This document shows positions 19,236-27,351 of a stretch of DNA of 55,300 bases, piece by piece. The notes beneath the pieces were generated by a model. That model saw only the letters and a list, made by a program, of their open reading frames with translations. It had not been told where the DNA came from and did not search any database. The stretch is taken from contig WGCS01000060.1 in NCBI GenBank assembly GCA_015493685.1, positions 1 to 55,300 of the forward strand. Direction: 5' to 3'. Each line of letters starts with the position of its first letter. Position 1 is the stretch's first letter. Origin of the DNA: Bacteroidales bacterium. GTDB taxonomy: Bacteria > Bacteroidota > Bacteroidia > Bacteroidales > UBA1556. The position numbers were made by a program, and so were the translations under genes.

Positions 19236-21758
19236 CTACTGCTTTACAAACTTAATTGCCCTATAATTAGTACATTGTTGCACTATTAAATAATAAGTAC
19301 CTCTACTTAGGTTACCTAGCTTTATCTCAATATTAAAACCTTCGCCTACCTGCTTTGAGACAACTTCTTTTCCAGCGGCATCAACAACACTATAATCCAA
19401 CGTTTTCCCTCCCGGATTCATTATCCAAACCCTATCACTTACAGGATTGGGAAAGATATTAATATTATTTAATGCATTGGAAACTTGCGATATCGAAAGG
19501 CAATTTCTGAAAGTAATAGTAATGGTATCCGAATTTACGCACGAATTGCTATCACTAACGCTAACATAAAACTTAGAACCATATTGATCTACCAAATTAC
19601 TATCCACCATAATATGAGCAGTGGTATCACCTGTGTTCCATTGATAGGTATTAAAATTACCGGCATCTAAAAGTATTGTATTTTCACGACACAATATCGT
19701 ATCAGCACCAAGGTTGACCAAAGGCAAGGGATTAACAACAACAGTAACCATGGGGGAATAAGAAGGGCTACAACCCGACAAATAGGATACATAATTATAC
19801 TCTCCTCCTTGATTAACATACAAAACGGTATCGTTTGCAGAAGCCAATACGGAAGAATTCCTTAACCAGGCAAAAGTGCCAAGCGGAGAGGACGTTGCTA
19901 AAGCGATGCTATCACCCTGACATATTATAGCGCTATCCGAAGTATATGGAAGTTGTGCCTGGGTGCAAAAATTATAATAAGCATCCCATCCGTTATCAAC
20001 CATGCCACCATCGCTGGTAAACTCCACATACATCGCTCCGGAACTTGCCTGCACTGTAGGCGGAATATTATAGCCTGTAAAGGAACCCAACAATACCCCA
20101 TTGGCATTTGTTCCGTCATAAACATTCACATAATCATAGCCATCTTCAACTCTAAAGTGAGTAAAATTTAAAGCGATAATACGCGATAAACTATCACTTA
20201 TAAGCCACGAACAAGAGGTATTATTATTGTAACTGCTGGCTCCACTACCATCGGAAAAACTATCTGAAGGATTGGTAAAATACGTTAAGCCATGACAATA
20301 TTCACTTTGATACGAAGCAGACCATCCTGCCGCAGTATCATTAGAATTGGTGATAAATTTTATAAAAATTTGTCCTCCCGAACTCCATAAACGAGGCGGA
20401 ATAGTATTTCCTGAATAGGCTCCCAATAAACCGGACTGAACAGTATTCCCATCATAAATATAAACGCTATCGCCTGCCTGAAGGTTGAAAGTATAGAAGT
20501 CGAGTTTGATGGAGCTTGCATTGGGCGGGGAGATTAGCCAAGAACAATTTAGATTGTTATAATAATAATTGGAATAACTTCCATCAGATAAATTTCCAAA
20601 ATCATCAGTAAGCGTATCGGCAATACCACTGTAATTAGTAGGAACTCCAGGTTTCATCCCCAATACTGCGCTGCAATAATTGGAAAAATTTTGACCGGCA
20701 GGATTCAGATTCGAGAGCGTAAAATACCCATTATAGGCCCCGGACCAACCCCAGTTGAAATGAAAATAGCCTCCACTTTGGTAACCATCGCACACAAAAG
20801 CATGTCCGCCGGTGCCACTACCATCATAGTAGATAGGATGTGATAAATTCAATTCTGTTCGAATCATCCGCTCCCAAGTAGTATCGGCATAATCACTTTT
20901 ATGATATAAATTCAATGAATTATCAAAATTAAAATAGGAAATAAAAGCACGAGCAGCATCTTGAGAATACGCACCTGAACTGCCACTGGAATACATCATG
21001 TCCACCGAAATACCCGCTTGGCTTATCAGCTGTGCCACCGCAGCAATTTGAGCAGCAGTACTATTGGCTGATAAAGTATCGGCCATCAAATTCCAATGAT
21101 AATGAGTTTGTCCAAAATGAGCACTCAAAACCCCATAATTAGAGGAATAACTATGGCTTCCATTTCCAACCACAGGGAAATTATAATAATTTATTACCTG
21201 CGACATTGCCGTAGCAACGCAACCGGTAACCACATGCTGACATGGGCCTCCTTGATCCACGGGAGTAGAGTCATTATAATAACACCCTTGCGACCATATC
21301 GTTGTTAACAACGGTCCTAAAGACGAAATATGTTTGTTCTGATCGGTTGTAAATTTACCCTTCCATTGCTGCTTAATACTTTCTGTAGCACCAATATTAT
21401 TAGTCCGGATATAATTCACTTCTTTGGCATATTCCTCTATCTGATAGGCAACAGCAGCAGGCTGATTAACATCACTATATACACCATGAGGAACAAATGC
21501 AACAACAGCCTTAGCCCTATCATCCGCCGAAACCAGAAGAAAACCGGTGGGGTTTAAATTAACTGCATATAATTGTACCTTTGAATGGTACTCAATGGGT
21601 ATGGTATTTTGAACACTTATTGAAGTTAATGAAGGAGAATAAACTCCCATAAAGCGTAATGCAATTTGTTGTGCTTGATTTACCGAAACATCTTTTGCCT
21701 GTATTGATTGAATGAGGACAAAGAAAAGAAATAAGATACTTAAAAGTTTAATTCTCAT
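19236..21758 (-). CDS. C10 (streptopain/SpeB-like) cysteine protease with propeptide, two CUB domains and T9SS type-A CTD
   Basis: TGCVATAMSQ, GHAFVCDG, HFNWGWSG. Two Y.NN..CSWLI...D.V..YDG...F.S CUB repeats. IFPNP...G.Y...KFVKQ. Confidence 0.9.
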   Translation of the reverse strand: MRIKLLSILFLFFVLIQSIQAKDVSVNQAQQIALRFMGVYSPSLTSISVQNTIPIEYHSKVQLYAVNLNPTGFLLVSADDRAKAVVAFVPHGVYSDVNQPAAVAYQIEEYAKEVNYIRTNNIGATESIKQQWKGKFTTDQNKHISSLGPLLTTIWSQGCYYNDSTPVDQGGPCQHVVTGCVATAMSQVINYYNFPVVGNGSHSYSSNYGVLSAHFGQTHYHWNLMADTLSANSTAAQIAAVAQLISQAGISVDMMYSSGSSGAYSQDAARAFISYFNFDNSLNLYHKSDYADTTWERMIRTELNLSHPIYYDGSGTGGHAFVCDGYQSGGYFHFNWGWSGAYNGYFTLSNLNPAGQNFSNYCSAVLGMKPGVPTNYSGIADTLTDDFGNLSDGSYSNYYYNNLNCSWLISPPNASSIKLDFYTFNLQAGDSVYIYDGNTVQSGLLGAYSGNTIPPRLWSSGGQIFIKFITNSNDTAAGWSASYQSEYCHGLTYFTNPSDSFSDGSGASSYNNNTSCSWLISDSLSRIIALNFTHFRVEDGYDYVNVYDGTNANGVLLGSFTGYNIPPTVQASSGAMYVEFTSDGGMVDNGWDAYYNFCTQAQLPYTSDSAIICQGDSIALATSSPLGTFAWLRNSSVLASANDTVLYVNQGGEYNYVSYLSGCSPSYSPMVTVVVNPLPLVNLGADTILCRENTILLDAGNFNTYQWNTGDTTAHIMVDSNLVDQYGSKFYVSVSDSNSCVNSDTITITFRNCLSISQVSNALNNINIFPNPVSDRVWIMNPGGKTLDYSVVDAAGKEVVSKQVGEGFNIEIKLGNLSRGTYYLIVQQCTNYRAIKFVKQ

Positions 21759-21924
21759 GGAGTTTAAAGTTAGGGTGCTAAATTCATATTTTACTTAGCC
21801 GGTTAATATTTCCAAAAAAAGTATGCCTATTTATAGCAATAAACAAAATAACACTTTCAAGGAATGATATAGCAAAGATAAAATATACCTTAAAAAGTTG
21901 CTTGACTCACAAAACTAATGTCCT

Positions 21925-22791
21925 CTATTGATACCGGCGTTCCACATAAGTTTTAAGCTGAACAAATGCAGGATCGGAATTTTCCCATAAGTGTTCGTCG
22001 CGCATATCTTCAAGCAAATAAATAGCTTGTATTCTATTTTCTTGCACATCAAGAATTTTTATTGCTGCATTATACTCCTTGGCTCTACCCTCAAACAAAT
22101 CATTGATAATCATAAATTTATCATTAATACCAATTCCTGTCTTCAAACTTTTTATGGGTTTTCGTCTAAGCTTATCACTCATTGAATTCTCCACTACTGC
22201 CGGTTTTTCTATGTCCTCTTCTTCCGGCTCAACATCGAGAACATAAACTATTTTCTCATTGGATTTCTTTGTGGATTTATCTTTCTTCTTTTTTTCTTTT
22301 TTCTTCGCTTCAACCAATTTTTTATCTTTTGGCTTTTTTTCGGGCATTTGTTCTAGTCTTGGCTCTTCTGTTTTTTCTTCTCTCTCTATATTTTCATTGG
22401 TATCTTCTCCAATACTGCTTTCTTCAATGAACTTATCAAGTACTTGTATAATTTCCTCATCAAAAAGTTCTTCTTCCTCCTGCTCCTGTTCGTCAAACAC
22501 ATCCTCTTGAACCTTGATCATATCAATACCATCATTGGCAAACTGATCTTCGGCAACCTCAAGTAACTCCTCTATCTCATCATCAATATTAGTAACTTTA
22601 AGCTCTTCTTCCGGCAAAAAATTAACCTCCTCCGACATTGAATCCACCAAGTCATAAAGTTTTTGCAGGTTTCTTTTCACAATATCAATTTCAATAAGAG
22701 GAGCTTTTCGCTCATAGGCAAGCAGTGTATCTAACTGGTTTTTAATTGTTGTTACCAACTCTTGGGACTGTACTTTAAGGATTTCATTCAT
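21925..22791 (-). CDS. Hypothetical acidic protein with low-complexity linker and conserved-looking C-terminal domain
   Basis: E/D-rich. C-terminal IGINDKFMIINDLF...W......F...VERRY is a pattern I recognise from Bacteroidota hypotheticals. Confidence 0.7.
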   Translation of the reverse strand: MNEILKVQSQELVTTIKNQLDTLLAYERKAPLIEIDIVKRNLQKLYDLVDSMSEEVNFLPEEELKVTNIDDEIEELLEVAEDQFANDGIDMIKVQEDVFDEQEQEEEELFDEEIIQVLDKFIEESSIGEDTNENIEREEKTEEPRLEQMPEKKPKDKKLVEAKKKEKKKKDKSTKKSNEKIVYVLDVEPEEEDIEKPAVVENSMSDKLRRKPIKSLKTGIGINDKFMIINDLFEGRAKEYNAAIKILDVQENRIQAIYLLEDMRDEHLWENSDPAFVQLKTYVERRYQ

Positions 22792-22924
22792 TGATTTAAA
22801 ATTATTTATTCACATTAAAAAATGGCTTAGTCTTTTGATTAAATTTGCATTGCAATTTAAACATATTATTAAGGTCATGCAAAGTGATGCAAATATATTC
22901 CAAAGATAAACGATATAAACGATA

Positions 22925-23506
22925 ATGTTTCTAGAAAATTCAACAAATAATAAACAAGAGGCCGGCTGGATAGAAGTTGTGTGTGGGTCTATGTTTTCCG
23001 GCAAGACTGAGGAATTAATTCGCCGCCTAAAACGCGCTAAAATTGCTAAAATGAAGGTTGAGATATTTAAGCCGGCCATAGATATTCGCTACGATGAAGT
23101 TAAAGTAGTCTCTCACGATAAGAATGAAATTATTTCAACGCCTGTACAAACATCTAACAATATTTTACTATTAGCCAATGACGTAGAAGTTGTTGGTATT
23201 GATGAGGCTCAATTTTTTGACGAGGAGCTTCCTGAAGTATGTAACGAATTAGCTGCTAGAGGGATACGAGTTATTGTAGCCGGATTAGATATGGATTTTC
23301 AAGGTAAGCCCTTCGGCCCAATGCCTCAATTAATGGCTACAGCAGAATACGTTACCAAGGTACATGCTATTTGTATGCGTTGTGGTAAACTAGCTCATAT
23401 TTCTCATCGGACTGTTCCCAACGAGAAACTTGTAATGCTTGGAGAAACAGAAAGTTACGAGCCTTTATGTCGCGATTGTTTTATTAAAGCAAATGCCGAG
23501 TCCTGA
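22925..23506 (+). CDS. tdk: Thymidine kinase
   Basis: [29 protein letters not shown]...YEPLCR.C. Confidence 0.97.
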   Translation: MFLENSTNNKQEAGWIEVVCGSMFSGKTEELIRRLKRAKIAKMKVEIFKPAIDIRYDEVKVVSHDKNEIISTPVQTSNNILLLANDVEVVGIDEAQFFDEELPEVCNELAARGIRVIVAGLDMDFQGKPFGPMPQLMATAEYVTKVHAICMRCGKLAHISHRTVPNEKLVMLGETESYEPLCRDCFIKANAES

Positions 23507-23529
23507 AAAACAAAATTCTAAAATTGTAT

Positions 23530-23637
23530 TTATTGTGATTTAACTCCGGATGTAATTAATTTTTCTTTCAAGATTTCCAATAGTGTAGATTTTCCCAAAT
23601 GACGTAATCCTGTTACTCTTTTGATAATTCTTTGCAT
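23530..23637 (-). pseudogene. Remnant of an AAA_14/DUF4143-type ATPase N-terminus
   Basis: My translation, MQRIIKRVTGLRHLGKSTLLEILKEKLITSGVKSQ*, contains a Walker A motif in the typical I.K..TG.R..GKSTLL context. In-frame stops follow (Q*IQF*NF). Confidence 0.6.
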
Positions 23638-23704
23638 ACGGCCAAACGTTTTAACTAGGTATATTGCAGGGTTTTTAAAGATTATTTTTCAAATTGCCAC
23701 TAAT

Positions 23705-24499
23705 CTATTTTACCCTAAAAACATCCCATCCATTTTCTTTTGCCAGAATCTGTGTCGATTGTACTTCCATAATAGCACCTCCTATCACATTAAGATCGAT
23801 AATATTAGGATTTTCAAACCATTCTTTTACATCCATTATCAAGGGAACATTAGTAGTAGCATCGGAAGAAATAGTAAACGCTGAATTAGACAAACTAACT
23901 CGGAACGAATTATCCACAAATCCGGTAATATCTCCTGCCGCATCTCTAATTTGCCCTCTTCCAAGGTGAAAATCAGAACCCGCCAAATCACCACTAGGAA
24001 GTCTCCATTTCCCATTTAATTTCATATAATGGTATCCCCCACCAAGATATTCGGGCCAGAACATTTGACTTTCGGGTGGATTAACAAACATAAAGCTAAC
24101 ATTATCAGCATTGCTAAAACCAAAGGTGAAAGAAAGTGAATCATAAGTTCCCACTTCTATATCATCAGCAAATGGCCACTGCATAGTCGTTGAAATATTA
24201 CTATCAAAATAATGTTCTTTCTGCCATCCGTTAAGCACTTTTGCTTTTCCTGCTTTATAAATAGTAACTTCACTAATAAAGAACTGCACTTCATTAACGA
24301 GATAATGGTTCCCTGCTGCATTAATATACATCAGTGTATCGTATTGAAGCGGTGCATTATCCCAATATATATTCATCGACAGATTTAGCTTTCCTTTGTT
24401 TGAAGGACTCGGTTTTGGATCAGGCTTTTTACATGAGGACGTAAAAGCTATCACTATAAAAATCAAGGCTATGGTATAAGTTATCTTATTATTATTCAT
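23705..24499 (-). CDS. MbnP-like lipoprotein (putative copper/metal-binding partner of MbnH)
   Basis: Lipobox TSSC, FFISEV, G.Y....F.FG, MFW....GGGYHYMKLNG, FHLG. Adjacent to a di-heme peroxidase. Confidence 0.7.
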   Translation of the reverse strand: MNNNKITYTIALIFIVIAFTSSCKKPDPKPSPSNKGKLNLSMNIYWDNAPLQYDTLMYINAAGNHYLVNEVQFFISEVTIYKAGKAKVLNGWQKEHYFDSNISTTMQWPFADDIEVGTYDSLSFTFGFSNADNVSFMFVNPPESQMFWPEYLGGGYHYMKLNGKWRLPSGDLAGSDFHLGRGQIRDAAGDITGFVDNSFRVSLSNSAFTISSDATTNVPLIMDVKEWFENPNIIDLNVIGGAIMEVQSTQILAKENGWDVFRVK

Positions 24500-24514
24500 T
24501 ATAATATAATTTTT

Positions 24515-25621
24515 CTAAAAAGGATTAGCTAATTTAGGATTATGGGTAAAAGTGGTATCAGTAAGTGTAAGCAAAAAGGCCTTAAGATCGGCTTTTTGCT
24601 GTGGGTTAAGCTCAGCACCATGCCCATAAGGGGGATTAAGCTTATGCATAAGTGGGTTAGCATATTTAGAATAAACCAAACCGGAACTATAAAAATTAAT
24701 CACATCATCCAAGGTTTGAAACCTACCGTCATGCATATAGGGTCCGGTAAGCTCAATATTGCGCAAAGTAGTTGCCTTATAAGCCCCAATATCAGAAGTA
24801 AGGCCGGTAACAGAATAACGATCATCATTGGTATTAAAGACACTATCCTTGGCATTATTATAGAACAAATTAGTAGTCATCAATGGATTTCCAACACCAC
24901 CATGACAATGAAAGCAATCAGCGCCCTCTTCGGTAGTAAACAACACTAATCCATTTCGCTCAGAGGCTGTCAGCTGCTCTTCACCACGAATATATCTATC
25001 GAACTTACTGTCAGAAGATATCTCTGTTCTAACAAACTGTGCAATTGCTTTAGCTATCCTATCCATAGTAACTTCGCTGGTACCAAAAGCAGCCTTAAAC
25101 ATTGGCGGATACATTGGTATTGCCTTAATTGCCGACACTACTTTCTCCGGTGTAGAAGCAAATTCAGTGGGTGAGACAACGGTCTCTTTCACATCATCCT
25201 CAATGGAAGGAACACTGCCATTCCATCCAAAGGTACCCGGATTCCACAACAAATTAACGTGGGGAAGCATTACATTATGCGTTAAATTTCCATTGGTACC
25301 CACACCTCGCCCCACACCATTTTCAAAGGAATGCGACTGAATATGACAAGAGGCACAAGTTTGAGGTTTTCCTTCATCAGCTTTTCCCGATAAGCGACCG
25401 TCGTAATATAAATAATGTCCTAACTTTACTCCTTCTACCGTCATTGGATTATCGGGTGGTATAACAAAATTAGTTGGAAAACCCTTGGGGATAGTTATGG
25501 TATAAGGGGTTGGTGCCGGTACTTTTTCCGGTACCGGTTTCTTTTTACATGCACTACTAAGCAATAACACTAATATGATTATTAGAAAAGCATTACTATG
25601 AAATTTATTAAATCGGAACAT
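24515..25621 (-). CDS. Di-heme cytochrome c peroxidase, MbnH/MauG-like lipoprotein
   Basis: Lipobox SSAC, PPDNPMT, two CxxCH motifs (CASCH, CFHCH), LRNIELTGPYMHDG, AFLLTLTD. Confidence 0.88.
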   Translation of the reverse strand: MFRFNKFHSNAFLIIILVLLLSSACKKKPVPEKVPAPTPYTITIPKGFPTNFVIPPDNPMTVEGVKLGHYLYYDGRLSGKADEGKPQTCASCHIQSHSFENGVGRGVGTNGNLTHNVMLPHVNLLWNPGTFGWNGSVPSIEDDVKETVVSPTEFASTPEKVVSAIKAIPMYPPMFKAAFGTSEVTMDRIAKAIAQFVRTEISSDSKFDRYIRGEEQLTASERNGLVLFTTEEGADCFHCHGGVGNPLMTTNLFYNNAKDSVFNTNDDRYSVTGLTSDIGAYKATTLRNIELTGPYMHDGRFQTLDDVINFYSSGLVYSKYANPLMHKLNPPYGHGAELNPQQKADLKAFLLTLTDTTFTHNPKLANPF

Positions 25622-25941
25622 TTATTAACTCTTTTAAAAGATTGCGTTAAACTGCTAGTTTGTCAAAATACCTATTCGCAGACTACTTTACGACACAAAA
25701 AACATACCGATAGTTGTATAGTAGTAAACATAAATATTGTATTTTAACATTTATTTAAGAACTTTACAACACTTTACTCTTGGCAAATAATTTAAATAAG
25801 AAATACCCAATTACAATGTGTATGTCAAAACTGTAGCGGATTTTGAGTAACACACGAAATCCTCTTTTTGATAAAACGCTTTATTAATCGGGCAAATTTA
25901 CCAAATAAAATAATAGGCGTTTCAAGTAAAGCAGAAATGTT

Positions 25942-25949
25942 TACCTTTG
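25942..25949 (+). promoter_or_regulatory. -7 promoter element (TACCTTTG) for rplY
   Basis: TAnnTTTG match 75 nt upstream of rplY. Confidence 0.65.
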
Positions 25950-26024
25950 CGCTCACTTTTCAAACTCCATTCCATTGGAGCAGAGAAGTATTAATTAAGT
26001 ACAAATTTAAATTAATAAATTATT

Positions 26025-26642
26025 ATGAAAACAGTATCAATGAGCGGTTCTCTTCGTGAGAACGTAGGGAAAAAAGATGCTAAGGCATTACGCAAACAAG
26101 GCAAAGTACCCTGTGTAATTTATGGTGGTAAAGAGCAACTTCATTTCTCTGTAAATGAGGCCGATTTTCGCCATTTGGTCTATTCACCGGAAATTGCTTT
26201 TGTAGAATTAAATATTGCTGACAAAACATATAAAGCAATATTGAAAGATATGCAATTCCATCCTGTAACTGACAGCATTTATCATGCTGACTTTATGGAG
26301 TTAGTCGATGACAAACCCATTGTAATGAGCGTGCCTGTTAAATCTACCGGTTTACCCAAAGGTGTAACTCTTGGTGGTAAATTAATGAGTAAACTACGTA
26401 AGCTTAAAGTAAAAGCACTCCCACAGTATATTCCTGAGGATATTACTATTGATGTTAGCTCATTATTGATAGGCCAGTCTATTAAAGTGAAAGACGTTGT
26501 GGTAGATAATGCAGAACTTCTTGACACACCCAATGCAGTAGTATTAACTGTAAGAGTAACTCGTGTTGCTGTATCTACTTCATTAACTGAAGAAGGAGCT
26601 GAAGAAGGGGCTGAAGAAGGAGAAAAAAGCACTGAAGATTAA
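26025..26642 (+). CDS. rplY: 50S ribosomal protein L25/Ctc
   Basis: GK...K.LR..G.VPCVIYG, QFHPVTD...HADF, followed by pth. Confidence 0.97.
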   Translation: MKTVSMSGSLRENVGKKDAKALRKQGKVPCVIYGGKEQLHFSVNEADFRHLVYSPEIAFVELNIADKTYKAILKDMQFHPVTDSIYHADFMELVDDKPIVMSVPVKSTGLPKGVTLGGKLMSKLRKLKVKALPQYIPEDITIDVSSLLIGQSIKVKDVVVDNAELLDTPNAVVLTVRVTRVAVSTSLTEEGAEEGAEEGEKSTED

Positions 26643-26660
26643 TATTTTTTAATAATACTC

Positions 26661-26698
26661 AACAAAAGGTGCAAAAATTTTTGCACCTTTTGTTTTTT
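26661..26698 (+). terminator. Intrinsic terminator after rplY
   Basis: AACAAAAGGTGCAAAA/TTTTGCACCTTTTGTT inverted repeat followed by a T run. Confidence 0.85.
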
Positions 26699-26778
26699 AC
26701 TGTATTCTTTTTACTTTTGGCCCTTTTTGAAGGCCATAGGCACAAGTTAGTATAGATTTATAAATCACAAAAATTCCA

Positions 26779-27345
26779 ATGAAATATTTAATTGTAGGAC
26801 TTGGCAATATAGGAAAAGAGTATGAAGGCACTCGCCATAATATTGGTTTTGATGTAGTTGATTTATTAGCTCATGACCTCAAAGCTGAATTTGAAATTGG
26901 ACGCCACGCCTACCATACTACTGCCAAGTTTAAAGGAAGAAGTCTCCTAATTATTAAACCAACCACCTTTATGAATCTTAGTGGTAAGGCAGTAAAATAC
27001 TGGTTAAGTACAGAAAAAATTCCTGTTGAAAATTGTCTTATCATTCTTGATGACATTGCCCTCCCTTTGGGCAAATTACGGATTAAACTAAAGGGTGGTG
27101 ATGGAAACCATAATGGACTAACAAGCATTATTGAAAATCTGGGTCATTCCAATTTCCCCCGTTTGCGATATGGCATCGGAAAAGATTTTGTTCGTGGATT
27201 TCAAAGTGATTTTGTGTTGGGAAAATGGCGAGTAGAAGAGCTCCCTATTATTAATGATAAAACTGAAGTTGCTGTAGAAATGATTAAGAGCTTCTGCACT
27301 ATTGGAGCAGGAAGAACCATGACTGCTTTTAACAATAAAGAATAA
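26779..27345 (+). CDS. pth: Peptidyl-tRNA hydrolase
   Basis: LIVGLGN.G..Y..TRHNIGF, KPTTFMNLSG, GG..NHNGL, RLR.GIG. Confidence 0.97.
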   Translation: MKYLIVGLGNIGKEYEGTRHNIGFDVVDLLAHDLKAEFEIGRHAYHTTAKFKGRSLLIIKPTTFMNLSGKAVKYWLSTEKIPVENCLIILDDIALPLGKLRIKLKGGDGNHNGLTSIIENLGHSNFPRLRYGIGKDFVRGFQSDFVLGKWRVEELPIINDKTEVAVEMIKSFCTIGAGRTMTAFNNKE

Positions 27346-27351
27346 AGTAAA

